A DNA stretch of 64,000 bases from an uncultured Actinomycetota bacterium (GTDB lineage: Bacteria; Actinomycetota; Actinomycetes; JAHEKZ01), in assembly GCA_963829525.1 (NCBI GenBank), contig CAWHIJ010000003.1, positions 1,664,001-1,728,000 on the forward strand. The letters run 5' to 3'. The translations under genes and the position numbers were made by a program. Numbering within the stretch: the first letter of the stretch is position 1; each line of letters opens with the position of its first letter. Of this stretch, positions 31,615 through 44,172 are shown in pieces. Below the pieces are notes generated by a model, which was not told the origin of the DNA, made no database searches, and worked only from the letters and a program-made list of their open reading frames with translations.

Positions 31615-32537
31615 CGGAGGAGAGGCGGCAGATTCTGCTGGTCACGCACACTGGGCGGACGTCGGCCACCGAAACTGCGCGCCGACTGGTCGGGCGCCTG
31701 CAGGAGGAAGACGTCGCAGTCCTGGCCCCTGCCGCCGAGGTCAGCGAGCTGGCCATCTCGGGCATGGGCGTATGGGGCGGTGACGAGACCGTTGAGCTGG
31801 TCGTGGTGGTGGGAGGTGACGGCACGATCTTGCGGGGGGCTGAACTGGCCCGAGCCGGACGCACCCCGTTGCTCGGGATCAATGTCGGTCGAGTTGGCTT
31901 CCTCGCCGAGGCCGAACAGCACGACATCGATCGGGTAGCTGAGCAGATCGTGGCCCGTGACTACTCCGTCGAGCCACGAGTGGCCGTCGAGGTCGACATC
32001 GAGATAGATGGCCAGATCCGCCATCGACACTGGGCACTGAACGAGATCGCTGTTGAGAAGGCTTCGCGTTCGCGGATGATCGAGGTGGGCATCGAAGTAG
32101 ACGGTCGACGCCTCTCGCGGTGGGGCTGCGACGGCGTCGTATGCGCGACGCCGACCGGCTCGACCGCATATGCCTTCTCGGCAGGAGGGCCAGTCGTTTG
32201 GCCTGACGTCGATGCACTGCTGGTGGTTCCTCTGTCTGCGCACGCCCTGTTTGCTCGCCCGCTGGTGATCGCGCCGACGTCGGTGATTCGGCTCGATCTG
32301 CTGCCGATGAGCGCCCCAGCGGTGCTGTCGGCCGATGGACGCCGAGGTCTTGACCTGCCCCCAGGCTCCCGAGTCTCGGTGCGTCGAAGCGACGAGCCAG
32401 TCCTCCTGGCCCGACTGCAGAAGACGCCGTTCACCGAGCGTCTGGTCGCCAAGTTCGCGCTTCCCGTGCAGGGCTGGACCGTCGACAGGGGTGGGTCAGA
32501 AGCGAAGGGGGCGTCGGGGGCTGGGAAAGCGAAGTGA
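31611..32537 (+). CDS. ppnK: NAD kinase
   Basis: GGDGTIL, GINVGRVGFL, ALNE, TPTGSTAY. Confidence 0.96.
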   Translation: MTEERRQILLVTHTGRTSATETARRLVGRLQEEDVAVLAPAAEVSELAISGMGVWGGDETVELVVVVGGDGTILRGAELARAGRTPLLGINVGRVGFLAEAEQHDIDRVAEQIVARDYSVEPRVAVEVDIEIDGQIRHRHWALNEIAVEKASRSRMIEVGIEVDGRRLSRWGCDGVVCATPTGSTAYAFSAGGPVVWPDVDALLVVPLSAHALFARPLVIAPTSVIRLDLLPMSAPAVLSADGRRGLDLPPGSRVSVRRSDEPVLLARLQKTPFTERLVAKFALPVQGWTVDRGGSEAKGASGAGKAK

Positions 32538-34207
32538 TCACCGCACTGAGTCTCGCCGGTCTTGGAGTGATCGAATCCGCGGACCTCGATCTGCAACCTG
32601 GTCTCACGGTACTCACGGGCGAAACCGGCGCCGGCAAGACCATGGTTGTCACCGGTCTGCAGCTCCTCCTCGGTCAGCGGGCGTCTGCCGAGCTGGTAAG
32701 GGCAGGTGCCGCGCGTGCCCAGGTGACTGCCCACATCTCGGTTGACCCGCGAGGTGGGGTGGCCGACCGAGTCCGTGATGCAGGGGGAGAGCTCGATGAT
32801 GAGCAGCTCACTGTGGTCCGAACCATCGCGTCTGGTGGTCGTTCGCGCGCCGCGCTGGGTGGCGCCGCTGTCCCGGTGGGACTGCTCGGCGAGATTGGCG
32901 CTGAACTGATCGCCATCCACGGACAGCACGACCAAGGGCACCTGACGGCGCCTGCCATGCAACGTGAGCTCCTCGACCGCTTCGGAGGTCTGGTCCCACT
33001 TGCGGTGGAGGTCGGTCGAGACTTCCTCGAGCTTCGGGCACTGGAGGCAGAACGCATTGAGCTTGCCGTCCATCGCCAGGCACGACTACAAGAGGCCGAC
33101 ACCTTGCGCTTCGGCCTTGCTGAGATCGGAGCAGTCGCACCGGTAGCGGGTGAGGACGCGGCACTTCGGGCCGAAGAGGACCGTCTGGCGCACGCGGTCG
33201 AGCTGAAGCAGGCAGCCCTCAGCGCTGCTGCTGCGCTCTCCGATGACGATCGTGCCGTGGTTAACCAGCTCGCGGACCTTCAGCGGACGCTGGACCTGGT
33301 GCGGCAGCACGACACCCACCTCGACCAAGTTGCTGGGCGTCTAGCCGATGCCACGTATCTGATGGCAGATCTGGCTAGCGACCTGAACGGCTACGGCGAG
33401 GGGGTCGAGGCGGACCCCGCTCGCCTCGCGGACCTGCAGGATCGTCGATCAGCGTTGACGGCGCTGACGCGAAAGTATGGACCTGGCCTGTCGGACGTGC
33501 TCAGCTGGGCTGCCGAAGCCGAGCAGCGCCTGACAGCTGTGGTGGGGACCGACGACCGGTTGGCAGAGCTCGACGCCGCGATTGAGTCAGCGGCCGGTGC
33601 TTGGCACCAGCGTGCTCTGGAGCTGAGTGCGCGGCGCTCAGCAGCGGCCGCGCAGCTGTCTTCGGCGGTGACCCATGAGCTGACGGCGTTGGCGATGCCG
33701 GACGCCGAGGTGCTGGTGGAAGTGCGGCAAGGCACCGAAGCCGCTGTGGCTGGGCTCGATGAGATCGCGTACCTGCTACGGCCACATCGAGGCGGCAGTT
33801 TCACGCCCGTTCAGCGGGGAACAAGCGGCGGCGAGCTATCGCGGGTCATGCTGGCGCTGGAAGTGGTCCTCGCCGACGCTGACCCGGTCGCCACGCTCGT
33901 GTTCGACGAGGTTGATGCAGGGGTCGGTGGAGCAGCTGCCGTGGAGGTGGGGCGCAGGCTCGGAGCTCTCGGACGCAGCCGTCAGGTACTCGTGGTGACC
34001 CACCTGCCCCAGGTGGCTGCCTTTGCCGACCAGCACTGGGTGGTGCACAAATCCACTTCTGGTGAGATCACCTCAAGTGGACTTCATCAACTTGATGACG
34101 AGGCCCGGGTGAAGGAACTGACCAGGATGCTCGCTGGGCTTGCCGACTCCGCCAGCGGTCAAGCGCACGCTGAGGAACTGCTGGCGGTGGCGCGAGCGGC
34201 CCAGTAG
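32534..34207 (+). CDS. recN: DNA repair protein RecN
   Basis: TGETGAGKT, IHGQHD, SGGELSRVMLA, FDEVDAGVGG, VTHLPQVAA. Confidence 0.97.
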   Translation: MITALSLAGLGVIESADLDLQPGLTVLTGETGAGKTMVVTGLQLLLGQRASAELVRAGAARAQVTAHISVDPRGGVADRVRDAGGELDDEQLTVVRTIASGGRSRAALGGAAVPVGLLGEIGAELIAIHGQHDQGHLTAPAMQRELLDRFGGLVPLAVEVGRDFLELRALEAERIELAVHRQARLQEADTLRFGLAEIGAVAPVAGEDAALRAEEDRLAHAVELKQAALSAAAALSDDDRAVVNQLADLQRTLDLVRQHDTHLDQVAGRLADATYLMADLASDLNGYGEGVEADPARLADLQDRRSALTALTRKYGPGLSDVLSWAAEAEQRLTAVVGTDDRLAELDAAIESAAGAWHQRALELSARRSAAAAQLSSAVTHELTALAMPDAEVLVEVRQGTEAAVAGLDEIAYLLRPHRGGSFTPVQRGTSGGELSRVMLALEVVLADADPVATLVFDEVDAGVGGAAAVEVGRRLGALGRSRQVLVVTHLPQVAAFADQHWVVHKSTSGEITSSGLHQLDDEARVKELTRMLAGLADSASGQAHAEELLAVARAAQ

Positions 34208-34406
34208 GTCCCGTCCCCTCCGGGGCCGTGCCGGCTCAGAAGGGCGGGGTCAGTAGGGCGGGGTCATAACCGACAACCGGCCGGTCACACCCTCGAACAA
34301 GGCTCGGCCGACGGTGGGGGTCGACGCGCTTCTGCTGCAGCGATGAGTCGCCTCGCGCCCCAGCGCGTTGGCGGGTCCGATCCGCCCGCTCTGGCAGGAT
34401 GGCCAG

Positions 34407-35579
34407 ATGCGACTGTCCCTGCTCCGCCGCTCGAGTCAGGTCACCGGACCTGAGCCACAAGGTGTGGCTCGCATGGACAAACGCACCAAAGACCTGACGA
34501 AGCGACTCAAGCCTGGCGAGATCGCAGTCATCGACCACCTGGACATCGATCGGGTGGCGGCAGAGGGTCTAGTCGCCTGCGAGCCGTCCGCAGTTGTCAA
34601 TGTCGCCGCCAGCATCAGTGGCCGTTACCCAAATCTTGGTCCCGAGATCCTCGTGGACGCCGGAATCCCACTTCTCGACGCCGTTGGCCCCGATGTCTTT
34701 GGCCGCATCAGCGACGGTGATCCGGTCGTACTCGATGGCAACCGGCTCCTGCACGACGGAGTGGTCGTTGCTGAGGGACAGCTGCTCGACGTGGAGACCG
34801 TTGAGAAGTCGATGGATGAGGCTCGAGCTGGTCTCGCCGTCCAGCTTGAGGCCTTCGCGAGCAACACGATGGAGTACCTGCGTCAGGAGCGCGACCTTCT
34901 TATCGACGGGGTCGGGGTTCCGGACATTGCGACCGAGATCGACGGGCGCCATGTGCTGATCGTGGTCCGGGGCTATCACTACAAGGAGGACCTGCAGACG
35001 CTGCGCCCCTACATCCGAGAGCATCGGCCTGTGCTGATCGGTGTCGACGGAGGCGCCGACGCCCTGCTTGAGATGGGTTATCGACCAGACCTGATCGTTG
35101 GCGATATGGACTCGGTGTCTGACGAGGCGCTGACTGCCGGGGCGGAGGTCGTGGTCCACGCCTATCGCGACGGACGCGCCCCTGGCCTTGACCGCGTGGA
35201 GTCGCTCGGTGTCGACCCGATCGTCTTCCCCGCCACCGGCACCAGTGAGGACGTGGCGATGCTTCTCGCAGACGACAAAGGTGCCAGCCTGATCGTCGCT
35301 GTGGGCAGTCACGTGACGTTGGTTGAATTCCTCGACAAAGGCCGTGCAGGGATGGCCAGCACTTTCCTCACCCGACTGCGCGTCGGCGGCAAGCTGATCG
35401 ATGCAAAAGGTGTCAGCCGCCTCTACCGCAGCCGCATCTCCACCGGACAGCTCCTCCTTCTGATCGCCGCAGGAATGGCTGCGCTCGTTGCCGCCATGGC
35501 GTCAACGACAGCTGGACGCAGCTTCTTTGACCTCGTTGGTTCCTGGTGGCATGACCTGGTGTTCTGGGTGACCGGGTGA
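34407..35579 (+). CDS. steA: cytokinetic ring protein SteA (thiamine pyrophosphokinase-like domain)
   Basis: RTKDLTKRLKPG.IAVIDH.DIDRV, SGRYPNLGP, LIGVDGGADAL, PDLIVGDMDS, STFLTRLRVG, C-terminal TM. Confidence 0.9.
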   Translation: MRLSLLRRSSQVTGPEPQGVARMDKRTKDLTKRLKPGEIAVIDHLDIDRVAAEGLVACEPSAVVNVAASISGRYPNLGPEILVDAGIPLLDAVGPDVFGRISDGDPVVLDGNRLLHDGVVVAEGQLLDVETVEKSMDEARAGLAVQLEAFASNTMEYLRQERDLLIDGVGVPDIATEIDGRHVLIVVRGYHYKEDLQTLRPYIREHRPVLIGVDGGADALLEMGYRPDLIVGDMDSVSDEALTAGAEVVVHAYRDGRAPGLDRVESLGVDPIVFPATGTSEDVAMLLADDKGASLIVAVGSHVTLVEFLDKGRAGMASTFLTRLRVGGKLIDAKGVSRLYRSRISTGQLLLLIAAGMAALVAAMASTTAGRSFFDLVGSWWHDLVFWVTG

Positions 35580-35619
35580 CCAGAATCCTCGTGCTTCGAC
35601 TTAATGAACGGACCGCCTC

Positions 35620-36537
35620 GTGATCGACTTTCGGTACCACATCGTCTCCATCGTGGCGATCTTCATGGCCCTCGCTGTTGGGATTGTCCTGGGGTCCGGA
35701 CCCCTCAAGGACGACATCAGTGGATTCCTCGAGGACCGAACCCAGCAGCTCGCCCAGGAGAAGGTCGATCTTCAGAGCCAAGTGTCGGCGCTGCGCCAGG
35801 AGATCGATTCGTCGGAGCAGTTCGCCGAGCTCTCCCAGCCCGTGCTCGTCGAGAATCTGCTGACCTCGCGCGTGACAACGGTTGTCGTCCTTCCCGATGC
35901 TGACGGCGACCAGGTCGACGCAGTCGAAGAAGTCGTGTCTGCCGCTGGCGGAACGGTCGGCGAACGCGTCACGATCGAGTCAGCTTGGAGTGATCCAGAG
36001 CAGAGCGAGATCTTGGGTCGAGTTGCCGAAGGCGTCGCGCGTGGCGGACGAGATGAAGACCCGTACCAACTGGCCAGCAAGGTATTGGCAGATGCGCTCC
36101 TGACCCCTGGCGGCCGTGCAGTCGGGGAACCTTCGCTCGACTCAGTCGCCGTTCTCGCGGCTTTCGAAAGCGAGGGGTTCATCTCAGCAGATGAAGAGGA
36201 GGTGATCCGGGGAGACACCGCCATCGTGATCGGACCAGCGGGTGTCGTTCCGAGTGCCGACCTGGCGCTCGTACCATTGTTCACAGCCCTCGATGACGTT
36301 GGTGTCGGAACTGTCGTGACTGCCCCGCTCGGAAGCGACCAGGCCGAAGGCGTCGTTGGTGTGCTACGTGGGTCAGACGCCGACGGCGTCGTGTCCTCAG
36401 AGGATCGGCTCGACACTGTCAATGGTGTGACGGTCACAGTCCTTGCGCTGGCCGAGCAGACCGCTGGAGGGGTCGGTCACTACGGCACTGGTGAGGGGTC
36501 AGACGGTCCTGCGCCTGATCCGCTCCCCAGAGGCTGA
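35620..36537 (+). CDS. steB: SteB / MctB-like DUF3186 protein
   Basis: MIDFRYHIVSIVAIFMALAVGIVLG, coiled coil, C-terminal GHYG.G; follows steA. Confidence 0.88.
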   Translation: MIDFRYHIVSIVAIFMALAVGIVLGSGPLKDDISGFLEDRTQQLAQEKVDLQSQVSALRQEIDSSEQFAELSQPVLVENLLTSRVTTVVVLPDADGDQVDAVEEVVSAAGGTVGERVTIESAWSDPEQSEILGRVAEGVARGGRDEDPYQLASKVLADALLTPGGRAVGEPSLDSVAVLAAFESEGFISADEEEVIRGDTAIVIGPAGVVPSADLALVPLFTALDDVGVGTVVTAPLGSDQAEGVVGVLRGSDADGVVSSEDRLDTVNGVTVTVLALAEQTAGGVGHYGTGEGSDGPAPDPLPRG

Positions 36538-36540
36538 CCC

Positions 36541-37371
36541 ATGATCGGTCGAGTGCTGAGCGTGACGTCGGCTGTTCTGGTGAGCAAACGGGTCTACGAT
36601 CAAATGTCCGACGCAGATGCGTCCGAGCGTTGGCAGCGCACCAACCATCGTGGCGAGACCGTCACCCTGGCGCAAGGCCCGGCTGTTTCGCTCGGATCCC
36701 TGGCTGGAATCGTCTTAGCACCCGGACTGCCCCCGTCGGTTCGGGCCGCGTCGACGCTGGCCGTTGGTGCGGCATCGGTGCTGGGGATGATCGACGACCT
36801 CACCGGCGCCACTGACGTCAAGGGCCTTCGGGGACACCTTGGCGCCCTGCGCAATGGCGAGGTCACAACGGGCACCGTCAAGCTGGTCGGCCTGGGGGTC
36901 ACCGGGCTCGTGACCGGGGCACTGGCCCGAAGCGGACGTGGTGGGCCAATCGATGCTGTACTCGCGGGAGCGGTGGTTGCTGGAGGTGCCAACCTGGCGA
37001 ACCTGTTCGACCTACGACCAGGGCGGGCCACCAAGATATTCCTCGTCGCGTCGGCCGGCCCGATCCTGGGCGGAGGGTCGACCAGGGCCATCCTGAGCGG
37101 TCCGGTGAGCGCGGCCGCAGCACTTCTGCCCGATGACCTCGCTGAGCGGTCGATGTTGGGCGACACCGGCGCGAATGCGCTCGGCGCTGCCTGGGGTATT
37201 GCGGTGGCAGCTTCATCGAGCCGTCGGGAGCTGCTGGTGACGGTGGCCGCCATGGTTGGGTTGACAGTGGTCAGCGAACGCGTCAGCTTTTCGCAGGTGA
37301 TCGAACGCACGCCGGTTCTGCGTGGGCTCGATGGCATCGGTCGCCGTCCGGGCCTCCCGGCCGATGACTGA
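36541..37371 (+). CDS. MraY/WecA-like polyprenyl-phosphate sugar-1-P transferase
   Basis: GMIDD, NLANLFDLRPGRA, MLGDTGANALG motifs; multi-TM. Confidence 0.75.
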   Translation: MIGRVLSVTSAVLVSKRVYDQMSDADASERWQRTNHRGETVTLAQGPAVSLGSLAGIVLAPGLPPSVRAASTLAVGAASVLGMIDDLTGATDVKGLRGHLGALRNGEVTTGTVKLVGLGVTGLVTGALARSGRGGPIDAVLAGAVVAGGANLANLFDLRPGRATKIFLVASAGPILGGGSTRAILSGPVSAAAALLPDDLAERSMLGDTGANALGAAWGIAVAASSSRRELLVTVAAMVGLTVVSERVSFSQVIERTPVLRGLDGIGRRPGLPADD

Positions 37372-39013
37372 ACCCGTACCACCTCCCCAGGGCGCGCCAG
37401 CACCTGGCTCACAAGGTGCCAGCCTGGTCAGCGCTGCATTGCTGATCGCCGCTGTAACCGTCGTTGCACGGATCATCGGTTTGCTGAGATTCATCGTGCT
37501 GGCTCAGGTCTTCGGAACTGAGTGTCTCGGCAAGGTGTATGCAACCGCAAACGCTGTGCCGAACATCGTGTACGAGCTCGTGGTGGGGGGAGCTCTCGTT
37601 GCGGTCGTGGTACCACTGGTGGCCGGTGCCATGGAGTCCGATCCGAAACGTGTCAGGGCGACGGTTGCGGCGTTGCACGGGTGGGCGCTGGTTCTTCTTG
37701 TCCCGATGACCGCCGTTATGTACCTTGCCTCGACCTGGGTGGTTCAGATCTTGCTTGGCCCCGCTAACGGGTGTGGCGCCGAAGCGCCAACAGTTGCGCG
37801 AGACATGCTCTGGGTCTTCCTGCTCCAGATCCCGATCTACGGGGCCACGGTGGTTGCTCAAGGAGCGCTGCAAGCCCATCATCGGTTTTTCGCGCCAGCC
37901 GTTGCACCCGCCATTTCGAGTTTGGTCGTGATCACCAGCTACCTCATCTATGCCCAGATGGCAGGTGAGGAAAGCGGTTCTCTCGTGGCCCTGAGCGATG
38001 CGGAGTTTCTCGTTCTTGCAGGCGGGACCACCCTCGGGGTCGTCGCACTTCTCGCGGTTCAGATCCCTGCTTTGGCCCGTGCTGGTCTGATCGTCAAGCC
38101 GTCCTTGAGTTTCCCCACCGGACGGTCAGCGCAGGCGCGCACCCTGGCATGGAGCGGCGCTGTGGTCGTGGGCATGCAGTGGATCGGGTACGCGGCTGCG
38201 ATCCGCTGGAGCAACGTCTATGCGTCCAGCGCCATCGTCTTCGTGCTCGGTTGGACGGTCTTTCTGCTGCCGTGGTCGATCCTCGTCCTCCCGATTGCAA
38301 CGAGTACCTTCCCGAGACTGTCAGCCTTGCACGCGCGAGGCGACCAAATCGGTTCAGCGCAGACAGTTGCACACAGCCTGCGCGCGGTGTTTGTGGCGTC
38401 GGCGATCGGGGCGGCAGGTTTGGCTGCAGCCGCAGAGCCGCTGGCCGCCATCATGTTCGAAAGTGCTCCCGGACGTGGGGGAGTCGCTGAGCTTTCGGCT
38501 TTCTTGATGGCTGTTTCGGTCGGTGCCCTCGGGTACGGCGTACACGGACATCTCGTGCGGGCCATGGCGGCGCGGCACCGTGCCCAGACTGCGGCCTGGA
38601 CCACCGCTGCAGGGTGGGGGCTGGGCATCTTGGCTGCTTGGGTGTTGGTCATACAGGCCGATGGGGCGCTTGAAGTTGCCCGTGGCATCGGTCTTGGGTT
38701 CAGCGGAGGACTTTTGGTAGCGGCCGGGCTGTTGCTCGTCGCGATTCGGCGAGATGCGGGACCGAGTGCGCTCACCGGAGTTCTGCGCGTCGCTTTGGTC
38801 TCCAGTGCTGCCGCACTCTGCGTTGGTTGGGTGGGACATGTCCTGCTGTCGGGTGGGTCTGGGGGCTCATCAGTGGGGGTGGCTGTCGTGCAGATCTTTG
38901 TGGCGGGAGTCGCGGCGGTCGTCGTCGTCGGTGGTGCCGCCGCTCTGGCTGACCCGACCTCAGTCCGTACTCTTCTGCGTGTGCGTTCACGAGCCAACGG
39001 CAGTCGGTCATGA
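37364..39013 (+). CDS. MurJ/MviN-family lipid-linked glycan flippase
   Basis: RIIGLLR, Y.TANAVPNIVYELVVGGAL..VVVP, RFFAPAVAP, IATSTFPRLS; many TM segments. Confidence 0.88.
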   Translation: MTEPVPPPQGAPAPGSQGASLVSAALLIAAVTVVARIIGLLRFIVLAQVFGTECLGKVYATANAVPNIVYELVVGGALVAVVVPLVAGAMESDPKRVRATVAALHGWALVLLVPMTAVMYLASTWVVQILLGPANGCGAEAPTVARDMLWVFLLQIPIYGATVVAQGALQAHHRFFAPAVAPAISSLVVITSYLIYAQMAGEESGSLVALSDAEFLVLAGGTTLGVVALLAVQIPALARAGLIVKPSLSFPTGRSAQARTLAWSGAVVVGMQWIGYAAAIRWSNVYASSAIVFVLGWTVFLLPWSILVLPIATSTFPRLSALHARGDQIGSAQTVAHSLRAVFVASAIGAAGLAAAAEPLAAIMFESAPGRGGVAELSAFLMAVSVGALGYGVHGHLVRAMAARHRAQTAAWTTAAGWGLGILAAWVLVIQADGALEVARGIGLGFSGGLLVAAGLLLVAIRRDAGPSALTGVLRVALVSSAAALCVGWVGHVLLSGGSGGSSVGVAVVQIFVAGVAAVVVVGGAAALADPTSVRTLLRVRSRANGSRS

Positions 39014-40161
39014 CCGACTCCACGCTGCGAGTGCTCATGGTTTTGGGGACGAGTACCGGGGGTATTGGCCAACACGTTCGCTCGCTGGCCGCCGGGCTCG
39101 TCGCGCGTGGGCAAAGGGTAGTCGTGGCTGGGCCGAAGGAAACCGAAGCGACCTTCTCGTTCACCGACGTCGGAGCCCGCTTCGTCGAGGCTCCGATCGG
39201 CGTCGTACCTTCCCCACGTGACCTAGCTGTCGCGCGATCGGTGGCTCGATGGGTGAAAGGTGCTGACGTCGTTCATGCGCACGGTTTTCGGGCGGGAGCC
39301 GTGGCGCTCAGCGCGGGTGCCGGCCAGGGTTGGCCGGTCGCGGGCGTCCGACGGAGTGGTGTACCCCTGCTAGTCACCTGGCACAACCAAGTGCTTGCCG
39401 GTGGTTTGAGGGGTGCCCTGATGCACCGCGTAGAGGGCGCGGTGGCGCGCGGCGCATCCCTCTCACTCGGGGCCTCGGTCGATCTTGTCGAAGCAGCAAC
39501 CGCTGCGGGCGGAAGCGCGGTCCTGGGACCGGTCGCCGCCCCGGTACCCCGCCAGTCGACCCGCGCCCGCGACGAAGTGCGCCAAGAGATAGGCATCGGA
39601 GATGCTCCCTTGGTCCTTGCCGTCGGCCGGCTTCACGCGCAGAAGGACTACCCTACGTTGGTTGCAGCCATGGGCAGTCTGCAGAGCCGAGATCCACGAC
39701 CAGTTCTCGTGGTGGCCGGTGACGGCCCTGAAGAGTCCGCTGTGCGAGCGGCCATTGCTGAGCACGGGGTCTCTGCTCAGTTGCTGGGCCGGCGTACTGA
39801 CGTCGCAGATCTGTTGAGATCTGCCGACCTGCTCGCGCTGGCCAGTGTCTGGGAGGCTCGGGCGCTGGTGGTTCAGGAGGCGATGCAAGTTGGTCTACCC
39901 GTCGTGGCGACAGCGGTCGGCGGTGTTCCCGAGCTGGTTGGCGACGACGCTCTTCTGGTGCCTCCGGGTGATCCTCGGGCGTTAGCCAGGGCGTTGGCAG
40001 AGGTACTCGACCACCCGACAGAGGCATCAAGGCGCGCTGAGCGAGCCCTTCATCGTGCCGCCGAATGGCCCGACGAGGACGAAGTCGTCGAACTGGTCCT
40101 CGGGCACTACCTCAGTCTGGAGCGTTCGGCGCATCGTGACGGAACGGGAACGCGCTCATGA
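39010..40161 (+). CDS. GT-B family 4 glycosyltransferase
   Basis: GGIGQHV, DVVHAHG, VGRLHAQK, S.WEAR.LVVQEAM..GLPVVAT.VGG.PE. Confidence 0.92.
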   Translation: MTDSTLRVLMVLGTSTGGIGQHVRSLAAGLVARGQRVVVAGPKETEATFSFTDVGARFVEAPIGVVPSPRDLAVARSVARWVKGADVVHAHGFRAGAVALSAGAGQGWPVAGVRRSGVPLLVTWHNQVLAGGLRGALMHRVEGAVARGASLSLGASVDLVEAATAAGGSAVLGPVAAPVPRQSTRARDEVRQEIGIGDAPLVLAVGRLHAQKDYPTLVAAMGSLQSRDPRPVLVVAGDGPEESAVRAAIAEHGVSAQLLGRRTDVADLLRSADLLALASVWEARALVVQEAMQVGLPVVATAVGGVPELVGDDALLVPPGDPRALARALAEVLDHPTEASRRAERALHRAAEWPDEDEVVELVLGHYLSLERSAHRDGTGTRS

Positions 40162-42389
40162 GGCGCTCGACGCTCGCGCTTGTCGGCGCCGCCATCGCGG
40201 CCATAGTGATCCCAGCCGCCGCGTATGCGCAGGTGGTGCCCGAGTCGCCGCAGACGGGCCAAAGCCCTAACACTCCGCCGTTGTCAGTCGTCATCGTGGG
40301 CATGCCCGGTCTGCGTTGGAGCGACGTGAGTCCGGAGGCCACCCCCCATCTCTGGGCCATGCTGGACGACTCCGCCATCGGCCAGATGAGCACGCGTTCC
40401 GGGCGGTCACGCACGTGCCCCGCCGATGGTTGGGTGCAGCTCGGCACCGGGAACCGGGCCCGCTACCCCATCCTGGACGAGCCGGCCGACAACGAGTGCC
40501 AGTCGCTTCCGGAGATGACACCGGATGAGAACGGTGGTGCCCAGGTGGACCAATGGGATGCCGTTGTGACTGACAACGACGAGCTTGCCTTTGACGCAAT
40601 TCCTGGACTCCTTGGTCAGACCCTCGGTGACACTCTCGGCATCGACAGTGGGTGCACCGCTGCGTCGGGGCCAGGAAGTGGATTGGGTGCTGCCGACCGC
40701 GAAGGCTGGGTCGACCGCTGGACACCGGAGCCGATCTCGCTGACCCGACAGGGGCTGAGGGAGTGTCCGCTGCTGGTCGTCGGAGCCGACGAACCAACGC
40801 CAGAACGTCGTCTGGGTGATCTTTCCAGCTTCGACGAGATCGTGGCGGCCGTGGATCGGATGCGGCCTGCAGAGTCGCTGATGATGGTTCTTGGGGTGTC
40901 CGACCTGGCCGACGAGCGTGCCCAACTCCACGTCGTAGTGGCTCAAGGGCCGGGCTACGAAGGTGGGGTGTTGCAGAGTGGGTCAACGAGGCGGGCTCCG
41001 TTCGTGCAGCTATCTGATGTTGCGCCAACGGTCTTGGACTACCTCGATCTCCAGATCCCGAGCCAAATGCCGTACCAACCCATGCGAGCAGTGCCAGCCG
41101 CAGGGGTCGATGATCGGGTGGGCTGGTTGCGCGAGCTCGCTCAGCAGGCTGACGTCCAGGGCCAGCTGACACCGCCCTTCTTCGGGGTGCTGGTGCTTTC
41201 ACAGGCGGTCCTCTATCTAGGTGCCTTCTTGATCTTGCGTCGCCACCCCCGAGACCGCACCCGCTCGCGCGTTCTGGGCTTTACCCACGTTGTCGCGGTA
41301 GCTGCGGCAGCTGGGCCGGCTGCGACCTACCTCGCCAACGTGCTTCCGTGGTGGCAGGCGGCGCAGCCGGTACTAGCGCTGTTGGCCTCCATCAGCCTTG
41401 CCGGAGCGACACTGACCGCTATCGCCTTCGCCGGACCGTGGCGGCGTCACCCCTTCGGCCCGGCTGGTGCGGTCGCAGGCGCGACTGCGGTTGTCTTGGT
41501 GATCGATATCTTGGCCGGCGCCCCCCTTCAGCTGGCAAGCATTGCCGGCTACTCGCCGATCGTCGCTGGTCGGTTCGTGGGCTTTGGGAACCTGGCCTTT
41601 GCCATCTTCGGGACAGCGGCACTGCTGTGCACCGCCGCCATCGTGTCCGGCCGCTCGCCACGCATTTCCGGAGTGGTGGTGGCCGTCGTCGGGGTGCTGG
41701 CCGTCGCCGTCGACGGTGCACCGTCCCTCGGCAGCGACTTTGGCGGCGTGCTGGCACTGGTTCCTGCCTTTGGCACGTTGGGCATCATGGTGACCGGCCG
41801 TCGGATGTCCTGGATGCGGCTGGCCGGTCTCTTCGGCGCCGGTGTCCTCGTTGTGGGTCTCATCGCGTTCTTGGACTACCTCCGTCCAGAAGCCGACAGG
41901 ACTCACCTCGGGCGATTCGTTGACTCGCTGGTCTCTGGCGACGCCGCCTCCATCATCCAGCGGAAGATGGAGGCCAACGTCTCGCTGCTCACGACCAGCG
42001 TCCTTACCTTGATGGTGCCGCTGGTGCTGATCTTTCTCGCGTTTCTGGTGCGCAGGCCGAGCGGTCTGTTGCCTTGGACCTTCGTGCGGGTGCCGACATT
42101 GCGGGCCGGACTCTTTGCCGTGCTGGTGCTCGGCGTCGTTGGGGCGCTCGTCAATGACTCGGGCGTGGCCATCCCCGCAATGGCGGCGACCGTAGCGATT
42201 CCGGTTGCGGTGGCCGTCGTGGTCCGCTGCATGCAGCTCGACGATGGTGGGGCGGCGTCTGGGCGGGCAAAGGATGTCCCCGCGCTCGACACCGCCGTCG
42301 ACTCGGGGTTCGACCTAGGGTTCGACTCGGGGTTTGACCCAGGGCGCGACCCAGGGCGCGGCGCCACCAGAGAGCAGGGTCAGCACTGA
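40158..42389 (+). CDS. exported alkaline-phosphatase-superfamily-like domain fused to a multi-TM domain
   Basis: Signal peptide; [34 protein letters not shown]; about 11 TM with [19 protein letters not shown] motifs. Confidence 0.7.
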   Translation: MRRSTLALVGAAIAAIVIPAAAYAQVVPESPQTGQSPNTPPLSVVIVGMPGLRWSDVSPEATPHLWAMLDDSAIGQMSTRSGRSRTCPADGWVQLGTGNRARYPILDEPADNECQSLPEMTPDENGGAQVDQWDAVVTDNDELAFDAIPGLLGQTLGDTLGIDSGCTAASGPGSGLGAADREGWVDRWTPEPISLTRQGLRECPLLVVGADEPTPERRLGDLSSFDEIVAAVDRMRPAESLMMVLGVSDLADERAQLHVVVAQGPGYEGGVLQSGSTRRAPFVQLSDVAPTVLDYLDLQIPSQMPYQPMRAVPAAGVDDRVGWLRELAQQADVQGQLTPPFFGVLVLSQAVLYLGAFLILRRHPRDRTRSRVLGFTHVVAVAAAAGPAATYLANVLPWWQAAQPVLALLASISLAGATLTAIAFAGPWRRHPFGPAGAVAGATAVVLVIDILAGAPLQLASIAGYSPIVAGRFVGFGNLAFAIFGTAALLCTAAIVSGRSPRISGVVVAVVGVLAVAVDGAPSLGSDFGGVLALVPAFGTLGIMVTGRRMSWMRLAGLFGAGVLVVGLIAFLDYLRPEADRTHLGRFVDSLVSGDAASIIQRKMEANVSLLTTSVLTLMVPLVLIFLAFLVRRPSGLLPWTFVRVPTLRAGLFAVLVLGVVGALVNDSGVAIPAMAATVAIPVAVAVVVRCMQLDDGGAASGRAKDVPALDTAVDSGFDLGFDSGFDPGRDPGRGATREQGQH
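42300..42359. repeat. 12-bp coding tandem repeat, 5 copies (DSGF/DPGR)
   Basis: GACTCGGGGTTC-type units at the gene 3' end. Confidence 0.85.
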
Positions 42390-42462
42390 TAGCCTGATGT
42401 CCCGTAGATCGGTGCTCGACGGCCGCCTGCACCTCATCTGGGAACGATCACGGGAGCCCGCC

Positions 42463-44168
<1,706 letters not shown>

Positions 44169-44172
<4 letters not shown>

